Source of the DNA: the human T2T-CHM13v2.0 reference genome, Homo sapiens
Assembly: GCF_009914755.1 (NCBI RefSeq)
Contig: NC_060931.1
Length of the DNA: 64,000 nucleotides
Strand: one strand, 5' to 3'
Within the stretch, counting starts at the first letter, position 1, and each line of letters starts with the position of its first letter. The translations under genes were made by a program, and so were the position numbers. The notes under the pieces were generated by a model that ran no database searches, was not told where the DNA came from, and worked only from the letters and a program-made list of their open reading frames with translations. This document shows positions 46,700 to 62,019 of the stretch, piece by piece.

Positions 46700-47536
46700 C
46701 TACTTCCGTGTTTTTCTCTCTATTCCTCTTGCCCTTTAACAAGGTATCAAAATTTGAATTTTATTTTAATTTTTCTGTTCACTTTTTAGTTTTTCTTGTT
46801 TGCATTATTTTACATTGGTTTTCCTATTATTTGTGATATGCATCACTAACATAAGGATAGTCCTCTTAGAGTTAATAATGCACTACTTCACGTAAAATAC
46901 AGAAAACTTGCAACGTTGACTGATGTATATCTCCCATCCCTATCCTGTAGGTTGTGGTTGTTATATATAATACATCTATGAACATCATAAAACCCCCAAT
47001 ATAATATTTTTAAACTATTATATGATTTATAAAGAAATTTAAAAATGTAAAATTTATTATTGTCTATGGATCAGAGTTTCTATTAACATTGACTTCCCTT
47101 CAGCTAAAGGAAGAACTTTCTTTAGCATTTTTTTATAGGACAGGTCTTCTGGCAATAACGTTACTTAGTTTTGTTTTATCTGAAATTTTGTTATGTTATC
47201 TTCATTCTTGATTTTTTTTCAAATATAGAATCTAATTTGTCAGGTTTTCTACATTCAGCAATTTAAGATGTTTTTCTACTCTATTGTAACTCCTGCAGTC
47301 TCAGGAGGTTGTCTACTTCTGATAATATAATTACAGGTGTATTTGACTACTTGATATCATCTAACGTGCTTGAGGCCCTATTCATATTTTAAAAAATTAT
47401 TTTCCTCTGTGTTTCTCACTTTGGATTATTTCTATTGAATAAGATATCTTCAAGTTGACTTATTTCCTCTGTCATGGTCATTTGGCTAAGCAATTCAGTT
47501 AATTTTTCTGAAGTTATATTTTTCAGTTCTAGAAAT
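46700..47536 (-). mobile_element. Ancient L1ME ORF1/inter-ORF fragment
   Basis: Minus-strand LELKNITSEKLTELLSQMTMTEEISQLEDI resembles the L1 ORF1 coiled coil. Confidence 0.7.
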
Positions 47537-47603
47537 AGGTTTCTCCAGAGAAACAGACATATAGAGATACACGTGTGCATGCACGCACACACATACACAC
47601 ACA
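47537..47603 (-). mobile_element. MLT2 (MLT2D-like) LTR 3' fragment with (CA/TG)n
   Basis: Reverse complement reads (TG)n...tctgtttctctggagaaacct, the MLT2 3' terminus. Confidence 0.7.
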
Positions 47604-48640
47604 CGCGACTCTTAACCATAAGGGGGTTAAGGAAGCTGATCCCCGCACAAGCAAAAATATCCCCTTATAAATTAACCCCCTGAAAATTTAACTACTAATA
47701 GCCTACTGTTGACGTGAAGCCTTACGGATGCATAGCCAATAAACATGCATTTTTTATGTTATATGTATTGTGTACTGTCTTCTTATATTAAGTAAGCTAG
47801 GGAAAGGAAAGCATTATTAAGAAAGTCATAAGGAAGAGAAAATACATTTACCTTACTGTACTGTATTTATTAATACCTAAATTTACATCTTCTGTTTATA
47901 AGATTAATCCTTTGTCTAAAATGGTGGGAAACTACAGCTCCAGACCACAGTCTAGGATACATATCAAGTAATTCAACTTCCTTAATATGGTGGCTTTTCT
48001 TTGTTTCTTGGGAACACTTCCAGTATCACTAGTAGCATTTTATATGAGTCTCATGGTGTTATTTAAGGTTTATGGTATTACATTAAACATGATGAAAAAT
48101 AGGCAAAACCTGTGAGAGATGACCTTTTACCATGATATGCAATTTACTGGAGAGACAAACTTCTCAGCAGAGATGTTTAGCCTTACAGGGCATTTTAAGC
48201 AGATACTCCCAATACTTGAGCTCAGGGCAATAGCAACAGGAGGTGGCTATAAAATTATTGCAGTAATATAGTATGTAGTACAGCTAATTTAATGTGGTTA
48301 TGATTTAATACTGCATCTTTACTTTTGTTTACATTGCTCTTGACTGCAGATGGTACCACAGATTATCTATAAGTGTTTGTGTGGGTAATTTTTAAATAAG
48401 GAATTTATATATGTATTTTACGGTAGTAGATGATAAGACAAAACTAGTATCTACATATATTTTATGCCTTAATGACATAACTTTTTCTTAATTTTTTGAT
48501 ATTTCAAAGCTATGAAGTTTGTGAGTTTTTTTCAAAAATTGTCACAAATTTCCAAAAAAATCTGATATATTCATTGAAAAAAAAAATTACGTATGTGTAG
48601 ACCCATGCAATTCAAACCTGTATCATTCAGTGGTCAGCTG
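47604..48640 (-). mobile_element. Tigger2b-like TcMar DNA transposon (~1.04 kb)
   Basis: TIR ...ttcagtggtcagctg followed by TA; internal taactactaatagcctactgttgac, taaggaagagaaaatac. Confidence 0.88.
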
Positions 48641-48659
48641 TACAAATATTCTGGTAATA

Positions 48660-49678
<1,019 letters not shown>

Positions 49679-52600
49679 TTTTTTTGTTTTTTTGTTTTCA
49701 GATGTGAATAGATGAGCTTTCTTTTTATTTACTTATTTTCCAGCTTTATTGAGGTATAACTGACAAATAAAATTGTGTAAATTTAAGGTGTATGATGTGA
49801 TGATATGATATGTGTAAATTTTGTAAAATAATTACCACAATGAAGTTATTTAACACGTTCATCACTTCACCTATTTACTATTCTGTGTGTGCATGTATAT
49901 TCAGAACATTTAAGATGTATTATCTTAGCATTTTACAATTGTACAATTCAGTATTTTTAACTATAGTCAACAGGCTTTACATTAGATCTCAAGAACTTAT
50001 TTATCTTATAAATGAAATTTTGTTCCCTTTGACCAATATGTTCCCATTTCCCTCACCTTCCAGCCATTGGCAACCACCATTTTAATCTCAGCTTCTATAC
50101 ATTTAACATTTTATATTTCACATTTAAGAGAGATGATGAAGTATTTGTCTCTGTCTTATTTTTTATTGTTGAATAATATTCCATTGTATGCATGCTGTGT
50201 GTATATATATGAAATATATCCTATTTTAAAAATTCATTCTTGACAGACACTTAGATTATTTTTATGTCCTGGCTATTGTGAATAATGAACAAAGGATGAA
50301 GATTACTTTTCAAGATGCTAATACTGATTTCATTTCCTTTAGATATATACCCAGAAGAGGAAGAGCTAGAGTAGTTCTATTTTTAAATTTTTTGAGGAAC
50401 CTCCATACTGTTTTTCACAGTATCAGTTTTCATTCCCACAAACAGCATAGCAGGGTTCTCTTTTTACCATATTTTTGCCAATACTTATTTGTGTCTTTTT
50501 GATAATAGCCATTATAACAGGCATGAGGTGATATCTTATTGTGGTTTTTAGTTGGATTTTCCTGATAATTAGTAATGTTGAAAATCTTTTCATGTACTGT
50601 TTAGCCATTTGTATATCGTCTTTGGAAAATGTCCTGTATAGGTCCTTTGCCCATTTTTTAATCAAAGTATATTTGCTTTGGTGTTATCTGTTTGTTTGGT
50701 TTGTTTTTGTTTTGCTATTGAGTTGTGTGAGTTCGTTACATATTTTGGATATTGACCTTTTATCAGATACATAGTTTGCAAACTTTTTTCTCCATTCTAT
50801 TGATTGCCTTTTCATTTTGCATATTTTTTCTTTTTCTGTGCAGAATCTTCTTAGTTTGATACAGCCCCATTTGATATTGTTGCTTTTGTTATGTGGACTG
50901 TTGTCACATTCAAAAAATCATTGTCAAGACCAGTGTCGAGGAGCTTGTGGAGGAAATTTTCCCTTATGTTTTCTTTTAAGAGTTTTATGACTTCAGGTCT
51001 TACATTTAAATCTTTAATCAATTTCGGGTTAATTTTTGAGAGTAGTATAACTTAGGAGTCCAAATTCATTCTTTTGCTTGTGAATATTCAGTTTTCCCAA
51101 CATTTATGTACCCCATAAATATATACACCTATATGTACCCACAAAAATTAAAGCTTAAATTTAAAAACATTTATTGAAGAGAATATCCTTTCTTCATTGT
51201 ATATTCTTCTCCAATATTACTTGACCATATATACATGGGTTTATTTCAGGTCACTTAATTCTGTTCCACTGGTAAATGTATCAGTTGTTATGTCAGTACC
51301 GTATTATTTTGATTACTATAGTTTTGTAATATAGTTTTAATCAGGAAGTGTGATGCTGTTGGCTTTATTCTTTCTCAAGATTGCTTTGGCTATTTGAAGT
51401 CTTTCGTGCTTCTATACAAATTCTAGAATTGTTTTTTCTATTTCCTTAAAAAAAATGCCATTGGAATATTTTTAGGGATTGCATTTAATAGATTGCTTTG
51501 GAGGCATGGATATTTAATAATATTAATTCTTCTAATCCATTAACGTAGAATAGGCTTCTGTTTATTTTGTTTTCAACTTTTTTTTATCAGTGTCTTATAA
51601 TTTTTAGTATATCAGCTTTATAAAGTCTATAACCTCCGTGGTTAAATTGATTTCTCAGTATTTTATTGTTTTCTAACCTATTGTATCTGGGATTGTTTTC
51701 TTGATTTCATATTCAGGTAACTCAGTGTATAAAAATGCTACTGATTTTTGTATTTTTTTTATTCCTCCAACTTTACTAGATTCATGTATTCTCACAGTTT
51801 TTTGGTGAAGTTTTTAGGGTTATCTATAAATAACACAGTGTCATTGGTAAACAGACAATTTTGCTTCTTCCCTTCGGATTTGCATATTTCTTTTTTCTTG
51901 CCTAATTGCTCTTGCTAGGGCTTCTAGAACAATCATGAATAGAAACTGAGAGTGGGCATCTTTGTCTTACTCTTTACTTAGAGAAAATGCTTTCCTCATT
52001 TTACTAGTGAGCATGATATTAACTAGAGATTACATATATATATATAGCCTTTATTATGTTGAAGTAAATTTCTTCATACCTAGTATGTTGAGAGTTGTTA
52101 TGAAACAATGTTGAATTTTGTCAGCTGCTTTTTCTTCATATATTGTGATGATCAGATTATCCTTCATTGTGTTAATGTAGTATGGCACATTTATTGATTT
52201 GCATATATTGAATTATCCTTGCATCCCAGGGATAAATCCCACTTGATTATGGTGTACTGTCTAATGGTCATCATTAAATTTGGTTTGACATTATTTTTTG
52301 AGAAGTTTTACACCTAAGTTTATCAGTAATATTGACTTTTAATCTCATTTCTTTTAGTGTACTAATCTGATTTTGGAGTCAGGGTAACACTGGCCATATA
52401 AAATAAGCTTGGGAGCATTCCCTTCTCTTGAATTTTTTTGAAAGAGTTTGAGAGTTGACATTAAATCTTCTTTAAATGTGTAATAGAACACACAAGGGAA
52501 GCCATCTGGTCCTAGGTTTTTATTCCTGGGGATATTTTTGAATACTGAATCAATATGTTGTTATTGATCTATTCATATTTTGTATTTCTTCAGTGTTGGT

Positions 52601-53944
52601 AGGTTGCATGTTGCTAGGAATCTATTTCTGTTAGGTTATACAACTTATGGGGAGTATAATTATTCATTTCTTATGATTCTTTGTATTTCTGTATTATCAG
52701 TTGTGATGTCTTCTCTTTTATATACAATTCTGTTTATGTGAGTATTTTCTCTTTTTTCTTGATTAGTCTAGCTAAAGGTTTGTATTTTTGTTTATCTTTT
52801 CAACAAACCAGTCTTAGTTTTGTCAATTTTTTCTGTTGCTTTCCTATTCTCCATTTTATTTATTTCTACTCTAATCTTTACTACAGCCTGTCTTCTGCCA
52901 GCCTGAGTTTAGTTTATTCTTCTTTTTCTAGATTTTTAATGTGTAAAGACAGGTTGTTTATTTGAGTTTTTAAAAATCGTGTAGGCTAATAAGCCTCCCT
53001 CTTCTGACTATTTTTGCCATCTCATAAGCTTAGGTATGTTGTATTTACATTTTAATTTATCTCAATATATTGTTATTACTCTTTTGGTTTCTTCTTTGAT
53101 CCGTTGGTTGTTTAGAAGTTATATAATTTTCTACGTATTTGTGACTTTTACTAAATGCCTCTTATTGCTGATTTCCTATTTCATACCATTGTGCCCAGAA
53201 CATATGCTTAATATTAGCTCAATCTTCTTGAATTTGTTAAGACTTGTTTTTGCAGAATGTTTCGTGTTCACTTAAGAAGAATGTATATTCTGCTTCTGTT
53301 GGGTGAAATTTTCTGTATATGTCTGTTAGGTCTATTTGATCTACAGTGTTGTTCAAATCTGCTGTTTCCTTGATTTTGTGCCTGGATGGATGTTCTATCC
53401 ATTGTTGAGAGTAGGGTGTGGAGATTCTCTACTGTTGTTGCATTGCTATTTATTTCTCCTTCATTTCTGTTAGTATTTATTTTACATATTTAGGCATTCT
53501 GATGTTGAGTGCATCAATATCTGTAATTTTTATATCTTCTTGATGAATTGACCCTTTTATCATTATAAAATACCTTTCTTTGTATCATGACAATTTTTGA
53601 CTTAATGTCTTTTTTTATCTAATGTTAAGTATGACCACCTCTGTTCTCTTTTGGTTACTGTTTGTATGCAATATCTCTCTCTACCCCTTCACTTTTAGCT
53701 TATGTGTGCCCTTAAAGCTAAAGTGAGTTTCTTGTAGGCAGAATATCATTTGGTTTTTCTTTTATTCATTTAGCTACTCCATGTCTTTAGAGAACTTAAT
53801 ACATTTATATGTAAAGTAATTATTAATAGGCAGGGACTTACTAATGCCATTTTGTTAATTGTTTTCTAACTATTTAATACATCATTTTTTCCTTTCTTTC
53901 TCTCTTGCTATCTTCTGTAATTTGGTGAATTTTTCATGGTGGTT
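49679..53944 (-). mobile_element. L1MA (L1MA9-like) ~4.3-kb 5'-truncated insertion nested in older L1
   Basis: 3' end cagctttattgaggtataactgacaaat; ORF2 remnant IKKWAKDLYRTFSKDDIQMAKQYMKRFSTLLIIR; TSD CCAAATC at 49672 and 53945. Confidence 0.9.
51108..51165 (+). mobile_element. Tiny L1 3'-terminal insertion
   Basis: gtaccccataaatatatacacctatatgtacccacaaaaattaaa; TSD AACATTTAT (51099-51107, 51166-51174). Confidence 0.75.
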
Positions 53945-55085
53945 CCAAATCAACTTTGCAAGTGAAGAACAAAGTTAAAGAAGTAATACTACACGCTGTG
54001 ATGTCAGGCGTTATTATACAGTTTTGATAATTAAAAGAATGTGGTATTAGCATAAAGATAGAAAAAGAAATGAAAGAAAATAGAGTCCATAAATATTCTC
54101 ACTAATATTTGGACAACTGATTTTTCACAAAATTGGATAACAAATGGAAAATGAATAGCCTTTTCAGTGAACCATCTGGAATAATTGATGTCCATATGTT
54201 AAAATGTAAAAAGAACTGCATTACCTATGTGCCACCATATACAAAAAATAATTCAAAGTAGGTTGTATACCTACATATAAAACACAAATCTCTAAAACTT
54301 CTAGAATAAAATATACAATAAACTATCTTTGATCTTTATGCAAAGATCTTTAACTATAACAAAGTATGATTCTTAAAGAAAAATTTAATATATTAAACTT
54401 TATCAAAATAAAATATTTCTCCTCTTCGAAAGACACTGTTAATAAAATTGAAAGCCAAGCTACTTTCTGGGAGAAAATATTTCCAAATTCTATATCTCTT
54501 GAAGGACTTTTATACAGAATATATAAAGAACTCTCCACATTAAATAAGTAAGCAATCATACACTGCTTTTAGTAATATAAATATAAAATGGTACAATCAG
54601 TCATTTTGAAAAACAAATTGGCAGTTTTATTAAAAATTTTTACATAAACTATTATATAATCCAGGCATTACATTTCTAGGTTTTTACTCAAGAAAAATGA
54701 AAGCACGTGTCCATAAAAACACTTGTACATGAATACTTATTGAAGCTTTATGTGTAATGATTAAAATGTAGGAATATCCTAAATATTCATCAACAGGCAA
54801 ATAGATAATCCAACTATAGCATATCCATACAATGGAATACTATTTAGTAGTAAAAATGAACGAACTACAATGGCAGAGATGAATCTCAAAATAATTATGC
54901 TGGGGCTTTGAAGAAAAAAATATAATTATGCTGAACGAAAAAATTTCAAAAAAAGTTGCAGGGTGATTAATATGTTTATTATCTTTATCATTTTGGTGAT
55001 TTTATGGGTGTACACACCTACTTAAAATAGTACACCTTAAAGATCTCAAAAAATTGTAATATTTGCCCATTATTGCTCATTAAAA
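53945..55085 (+). mobile_element. L1ME-type ORF2 3' part and 3'UTR
   Basis: LNFIKIKYFSSSKDTVNKIESQATFWEKIF (54366-54551); atccatacaatggaatacta. Confidence 0.8.
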
Positions 55086-55099
55086 CTGTTCAAAAATCA

Positions 55100-55856
55100 T
55101 GGCTCTGGATTTGATAGGACTAAGACCCTGCCAGATGACCTCACCTGGCCATAGTACCTATAGTAACTACCTGTAGACAGTAAAGAGTAGAACAATAAAA
55201 TATAAATCTGGCAGGAACTTCACCCCATAATCTTTCTATCCTGTGAAACAGAAACATGAAACAGGGAAAAATTATGAATGCTAAGAAAGAGAAAAGGAGA
55301 TGCTAAAAAAGGAGAAATCTAGGATGGAAAAAAACCCAGGGAGAGTATCTCTAAAATCTTTCTATCTCCTTCTCTGACTGATTGCTAAAGGAGGCATGGA
55401 TGGAACAAACTCAAAGCCGCTCAGCCAAAACTAAAATATTTAAGCTTAGACTGAAGATGCCACACGAATAATCCTGGAGAGTGAACAGCAGCGGATAGCC
55501 CATGTTAGAATGCACATTCATTTGAAGGAGGGTAGACGGAGAACGTCCAAAAGGAATCTCTAAACCGGGTATCCATATCTCTGCACATGCACAAAACAGA
55601 ATGCAGGGAGCCTAAATTAAGACAAAAAGTTAGACCAGGGAATGGTGCTGCGGCACAACCTACTCCAGAAAACTACCCGATATCACGGAGAAGCAGCAGT
55701 CACCACAGAAAAATAACAAGAGTCCACAATCTCCACAGTTGATCCAGATTACCTGACATAGAAAACATCAAAAACATAAAAAAAGGACAACATTTTCAAG
55801 TAAAGATATCAACTAAGTCTGACCTTGATATGAAACCAATATTGAAACTAGCAGAC
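55100..55856 (+). mobile_element. Probable L1ME 5' region/pre-ORF1 fragment
   Basis: ccagattacctgacat...attgaaactagcagac resembles L1M 5'/ORF1-start sequence. Confidence 0.5.
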
Positions 55857-56332
55857 TCTGATGGCCAATTATATGTATTAATTCAGCTAGGCCACATATG
55901 GGATGCCCAAATATCTTTTTAGACACTTTTTTTTTTTTTCCGGGAGGGTCTATGAGGATGTTTCTGGAAAGGATCAGCATTTGAATTGAACTGAGTAAAG
56001 CAAATTGCCCTCCCCAGTGTGGGTGGGCATCAGCTAATCTATTGAGGGCCTGAATAGCATACAAAGGTAGAGGAAGATTGAATTCACTCTGCCTGACTGC
56101 AGAGCTTAGACACTGATATTCTCCTGATAGTCTCCTGTCCTCAGTGCTCCTGGTTTGCAGGCTCAGTTTCAGACCAGATTCTATACCATCAGCTCCCCAG
56201 CCATTGGGCCTTTCAACTGTTCCATTTGCTTTTCTGGGTTTCTAGCCTGAAGATGGCTGATTGTGGGACTTCTCACTCTCCATAGTCAAGTGAGTCAATA
56301 ACGTATGATAAATCTCCTTGTATATATATATA
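55857..56332 (+). mobile_element. MLT2D-like ERVL LTR, 5' portion ending in (TA)n
   Basis: gagtaaagcaaattgccctccccagtgtgggtgggcatc, gagggcctgaatag, gtgggacttctc. Confidence 0.88.
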
Positions 56333-57384
56333 TATTTGACCCTTCAACAATATGGATTTGAACTGAATGAATATACCTGCACAGATTTTTTTTTCAATAA
56401 ATATATTGGAAAAATTTTGGAGATTTGTGACAATTTGAAAAAACTCACAGATGAGCTGTGGAGTCTAGAAATCTCAAAAGAATTAAGAAAAAGTTAAGTA
56501 TATCATGAATGCATAAAATATATGTAGATATTTGTCTGTTTTATCATTTACTACCATAAAACATACATAAATCCATTATTTAAAAATTACCCCCACAAAC
56601 ACTTACAGACCATACACAGTGACATTCACAGTCAAGAGTAATGTAAACAAATGTAAAGATGCAGTATTAAATCATAACTGCATAGATTAGCTATAGTAAA
56701 TACTATATTACTGTAATAATTTCACAGCCACCTCCCATTGCTATTGCCCTGAGCTCAAGTGTCGGGAGTATCTACTTAAAATGCCCTGTGATGCTAAACA
56801 CTTGTGCGGAGCAGTTTGTCTCTTCAGTAAATTGCGTGTCACAGTAAAAAGTTATCTCTCATGGCTATTGCCTGTTTTTCATCGTGTTTAGTGTAATACC
56901 ATAAACCTTAAATAACACCATGGGACTCATATGAAGTGCCACTAGTGTTGCTGGAAGTGCTCCCAAGAAGCAGAGAAAATGACATTAAAAAACAAGTTGA
57001 ATTACTTGATATGTACCCTAGATAGGTCTGCAGCTGCAGTTTCCCACCATTTTAGGCAATTCATCTTGTAAACAAATTATGTAAACTTAGATATCAATAA
57101 ATACAGTACAGCATTGTAAGTGTATTTTCTCTTCCTTATGACTTTCTTAATATTGTTTTCTCAGCTTAATGTAAGAAGACAGTGTAGAATACATATAACA
57201 TATAAAATATGTGTTCTTCAACCATGTTATCAGTAAGGCTTCTGGATAATACTAGGCTATTAGTAGTTGCATTTTTGGGGAGTCAAGTTACACAAAGATT
57301 TTTGCCTTTTTGGGGGGTAAGCTCTGGGGTTAAGGAGTAAGGTGGGTTGGTGCCCCTAACCCCAACTTTTTCAGGAGTCAGCTC
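56333..57384 (+). mobile_element. Tigger2b-like TcMar DNA transposon (~1.05 kb), inverted relative to the copy at 47.6-48.6 kb
   Basis: 5' TIR ttgacccttcaacaa...tttgaactg; 3' cccctaaccccaac...gagtcagct. Confidence 0.88.
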
Positions 57385-57878
57385 AACAAAGTTTACAGAA
57401 TTAGAAGTGCTAAAATTATATTATTAGTCCTACTTTCCTTATTTTATTTTATTTTGTCATCAATAACACTAGCATTCATTCAAACCCTAAAAGGTTTCTA
57501 AATAATTGTTTATCTGGAGCCACAACTGAGAATAATGCCTTAGCATTTTACTTCCTCATATCCCCCTTCTCATATTTGTGTTTTTTCTTCCTTTTACTTC
57601 TGTACTAGTATTTCTTATACTCACTCACCATTCATATTTTAAAAGATACTTTTATAACTGTAATTAATACCTGTGACTTCTTGGTATATAAGTAGTAAGA
57701 AAATTAAATGTTGTTTGCTTTAATCATTCACAATCAAATTGCTTAAAACTAATAAGAAAATCATGGAAAAACTGGGATGACCATCTAAATTAAGCCTCCA
57801 AGTCTCCTGAAGGAGTCATGAAGAAACATGTACATACATTTAAAAACTAATTTTTGACGTTTAAGAAATGAAAGCTCT

Positions 57879-58262
<384 letters not shown>

Positions 58263-59001
58263 CTAATGCTGCAGTTTTATTTTGCCTTGTAGGTCCAGTA
58301 ATAAAAAGATAATAATAAAGGTTGCATAAGATAATCTAATATTTTTCTATAGCACTCCCTTTGATTGGGCAACAGATTTTGATTTGACTTGTACACACAC
58401 ACACACACACACCTGTAAACATGTGCTGTTTATGGGTGGTTAGCTATATATGTAACTTTATAGTTATATGTACCTAATTGTACATTTAAAAAAATTTTAA
58501 TTAAGAAAGCATTATGTGCTAGATTATGATAATTTTTTAAAGTGCTGTATTTATATTTTTTTCTCAGTGTGTATATATTTTACTTTTTAAATATCAGTAA
58601 TATGGTAAAATATGTTAGCTTATGTCTCCATTTTCCCTAGGACTTTATAACTGTATATCCTTAAAGATAAGTATTGATTAGCACAAAGAAAGTCCTGGGT
58701 ACATATTAATGTATAGCATTATATATGGATACCGTTGATATTCTATGTATCAATTAATATATTAATGCATTGTATAGATTTGTTCTTTGGAATGTTGCAT
58801 TTCTCTATAGCTAACTTTCTCAAATGTGGACCCAGTGTTCGTTTTCTGTATGTGAACCAAATAAATGTATATTTATTGTTTTGTATGTTAACTTTCTTTA
58901 TGGCTGCACTTTCACAAATATTTTCATAGCCATCTCTGCTTCTGGGAGACTTTCAAGAACATAATCAGGAACCAAAATCAATCATAATGGGATTATTATT
59001 T

Positions 59002-59160
59002 TCTATTATAATTAAATGTTAAATAGAGATATCTAATTGTATCCTCCTAGTTAATTGCATTTATTATTTTTTTTAAATTTATCATAAGCTTCTCTATACT
59101 TAATAGTCACCTTGTGTCCTAGAAAAATTAATGTTTATTTTGCTTCTCAAGGAAACAATT
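59002..59160 (+). repeat. ~160-bp local duplication, copy 1
   Basis: Near-identical to 61120-61279. Confidence 0.95.
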
Positions 59161-60598
59161 AAGGTACTAGAAGAAAATAATCCCCAAATATTCTTCGGAG
59201 GCTTAAAAGATCTTTACAGTGTTCTCTCCTGAATACAAAACAGCATCCATATCCCTTCAAGTACATTCCACAGTCTCTTCTCCAATTAGTTTTTCTTCAA
59301 TCCGGCTGTGTGGTTTTGTGGAATGTTAGTAAAATACCCTATTTCTAAGCGTGTGTGACTCAGTGCGCCTGAAGTGGTGAATGTAGTCCTATGAGAAACA
59401 CGTGGCTTCTTCTCTGGCACTCTCCTGATTAACCCCTAATATATCCATGTCTCCCCACTTCATAAAATAACAGCATTACCTTACATTCGTACAGTTACCT
59501 TACCAAGCATTATTATATCCCTGTCTCATTAAAGCCAAAAACAATTTGAGGTAAAGGTATTATTACTTTCATTGTTACATGACTAAATTGAAATGTAAGG
59601 AGGTGTTTAACTTCCCTTAGGTAAAGTAGGCAACTAGTGAATAGCCACACAGGTGCTGGAGGCCTGTGTCCTCATTTGATTTTCCATAGGACCAAGTAAC
59701 TTGGCTTTGGTATGGGGACATTTTGGGCGGGGCTGTGCCTTTCTTTCTACACCCACATTTATTTGACATTTTCCTTTTTGCAAAGGCAATTAAATAAATG
59801 CAAAAGAAATCAAAGTCAACTCCATATTCAAATTATACTTGTGTATTTTAATCAGTTTAAGAAAACATGCAGCCAGTTTGTAAATAAGGAATATCAATCA
59901 GATCTTTATAGAGTCATGCTAGTAGAAAATATAGAATTTGTATAAACTATTTGAAGATGTGAGAAGGCATCTCATCACAAACTCACAGCTGACACTATGT
60001 CATTTAACTCATTTTCTCCATGTTAGTGTGTCAAATTGTCAGAAATATATCGATGCCTGTAACTTCAATAAGCATAAGACATTGCATAATAATTTGTTAG
60101 CAGGGGACAGGAAAGCAAGCAAGCAAGCAAAATGGTATGTGAAAGTTGCCACTTTAATATATGTTTCCAAAATTATCTAGATTTCAATTGTATATTAAAC
60201 AAAGTGTTGCTTAACAATAAGATGGATACATCTTAAAAATCCCATATACACAAACGTAAAGTATTACTTAACATAAACAAATATATAAATGGTAAGAGTA
60301 TTAGGCACCCTCAACCAAGACTCTAAAATTACCCATAGAGAATCTTTACCTTCTTCTCTCCTGTGGTATCAAGATTTTCTGAACCATTTGTATTGATCTC
60401 CTCCATAAGTGACTGTCCATGTGCAATATTAAGGCACTCATTGTCAAATCTCGAAATAAGAGTCTTGAGAAGCACAGCCCCTAAAGACATATCTCAATGT
60501 ACTTTTCCAATAAAAAAATGTGTTGAGTATTTCAGCCCCATGAAGAAACATAAATGTATATCATTGTGTTCTCTACCATATTCATATAATACTATGCC

Positions 60599-60913
<315 letters not shown>

Positions 60914-61119
60914 TGAAAAAGTGGTAGATACGGTTGAAAAGAAACAAGTGAAAGACAAAAGTGGAAGAGTTAGAAAGCAGATGGTATCATCAGCCTCACC
61001 AGTGGTGTTAAACATGATGTTTCCTTTATTAAACAATGTAGATGGTTTCCTGTCCCTTCTTCACTTTCAAGGAGCCTACTGCATCAGCTAGTTAGCGTTG
61101 GCTGTCTTGATTGGGTATA

Positions 61120-61279
61120 TCTATTATAATTAAATGTTAAATAGAGACATCTAATTGTATCCTCCTAGTTAATTGCATTTATTATTATTTTAAAAATTTA
61201 TCATAAGCTTCTCTATACTTAATAGTCACCTTGTGCCCTGAAAAAATAATGTTTATTTTGCTTCTCAAAGAAGCAAATT
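61120..61279 (+). repeat. ~160-bp local duplication, copy 2
   Basis: Near-identical to 59002-59160. Confidence 0.95.
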
Positions 61280-61288
61280 ATATTATTA

Positions 61289-61396
61289 TTATCTGCATTA
61301 TAATATTAACTGTTATTTTACCTGCTTATAATTTAGTAAATTATAAGCAACTAAATTATACGCAAGTAAAATAAGTTAATATTATAATGCAGATAA
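61289..61396. repeat. AT-rich quasi-palindrome (~47-bp arms)
   Basis: ttatctgcattataatattaac (61289-61310) is the exact reverse complement of 61375-61396; inner arms nearly complementary. Confidence 0.92.
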
Positions 61397-61525
61397 AAGT
61401 CCAAGTATCACAAAGATGATACTAGAAAGCAGACAATGGAAATTAGAATGAAGAGCAGTAGAGCTGTCATTCACTCATGACTAAATTTGTCCATGTTATC
61501 TGGTAATGTCTGTGTAGTGTGATGG

Positions 61526-61931
61526 CCAGTAGATACTGTTTGTGCCCAGCCCAGTTTCCTTTCCCAGGCTAGTGAAGTCTTGGGAGTACTGTAGCTGCTG
61601 TGAGCCTTGTCTGCTCATGGTTCACAGCTTCACTTTTGTAGGTGAATTCACTCAGCTGACTAGAGGCTCAGAGACTCCTGTGGAGTTGTGCAGATCCCTT
61701 GGGGATAGAACATAGTCAGTGACCTAACTGAGGGAACAAATTTATGGGTACTTTCCCTTCACAATTCCCTGTGAGATCAGGTTGAAATAGATTTTATTTA
61801 GTTGCTTCCCCTACCCTGTTGTTCTTCATTTGCTTCCTTACAGGTTTCTCCTAAGAGCACTCCCTCAGTCAAACATTCCTTGCACAAGAATCTGTCTCAG
61901 GCTCTGCTTCTAGGGAACTTGTCTTATGACA
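61526..61931 (+). mobile_element. LTR16 (LTR16C-like) ERVL solo LTR
   Basis: 3' end gagcactccctc...cttgcacaagaatc...tctcaggctctgcttctagggaac...gaca. Confidence 0.75.
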
Positions 61932-62019
61932 GTGGCCTGTGACAGCCCTTGTTACATACAATAGGACCAAACAATTCTTTATAATGGCAGATATATGTTA
62001 ACTAAAAGTCTAAATAGAG

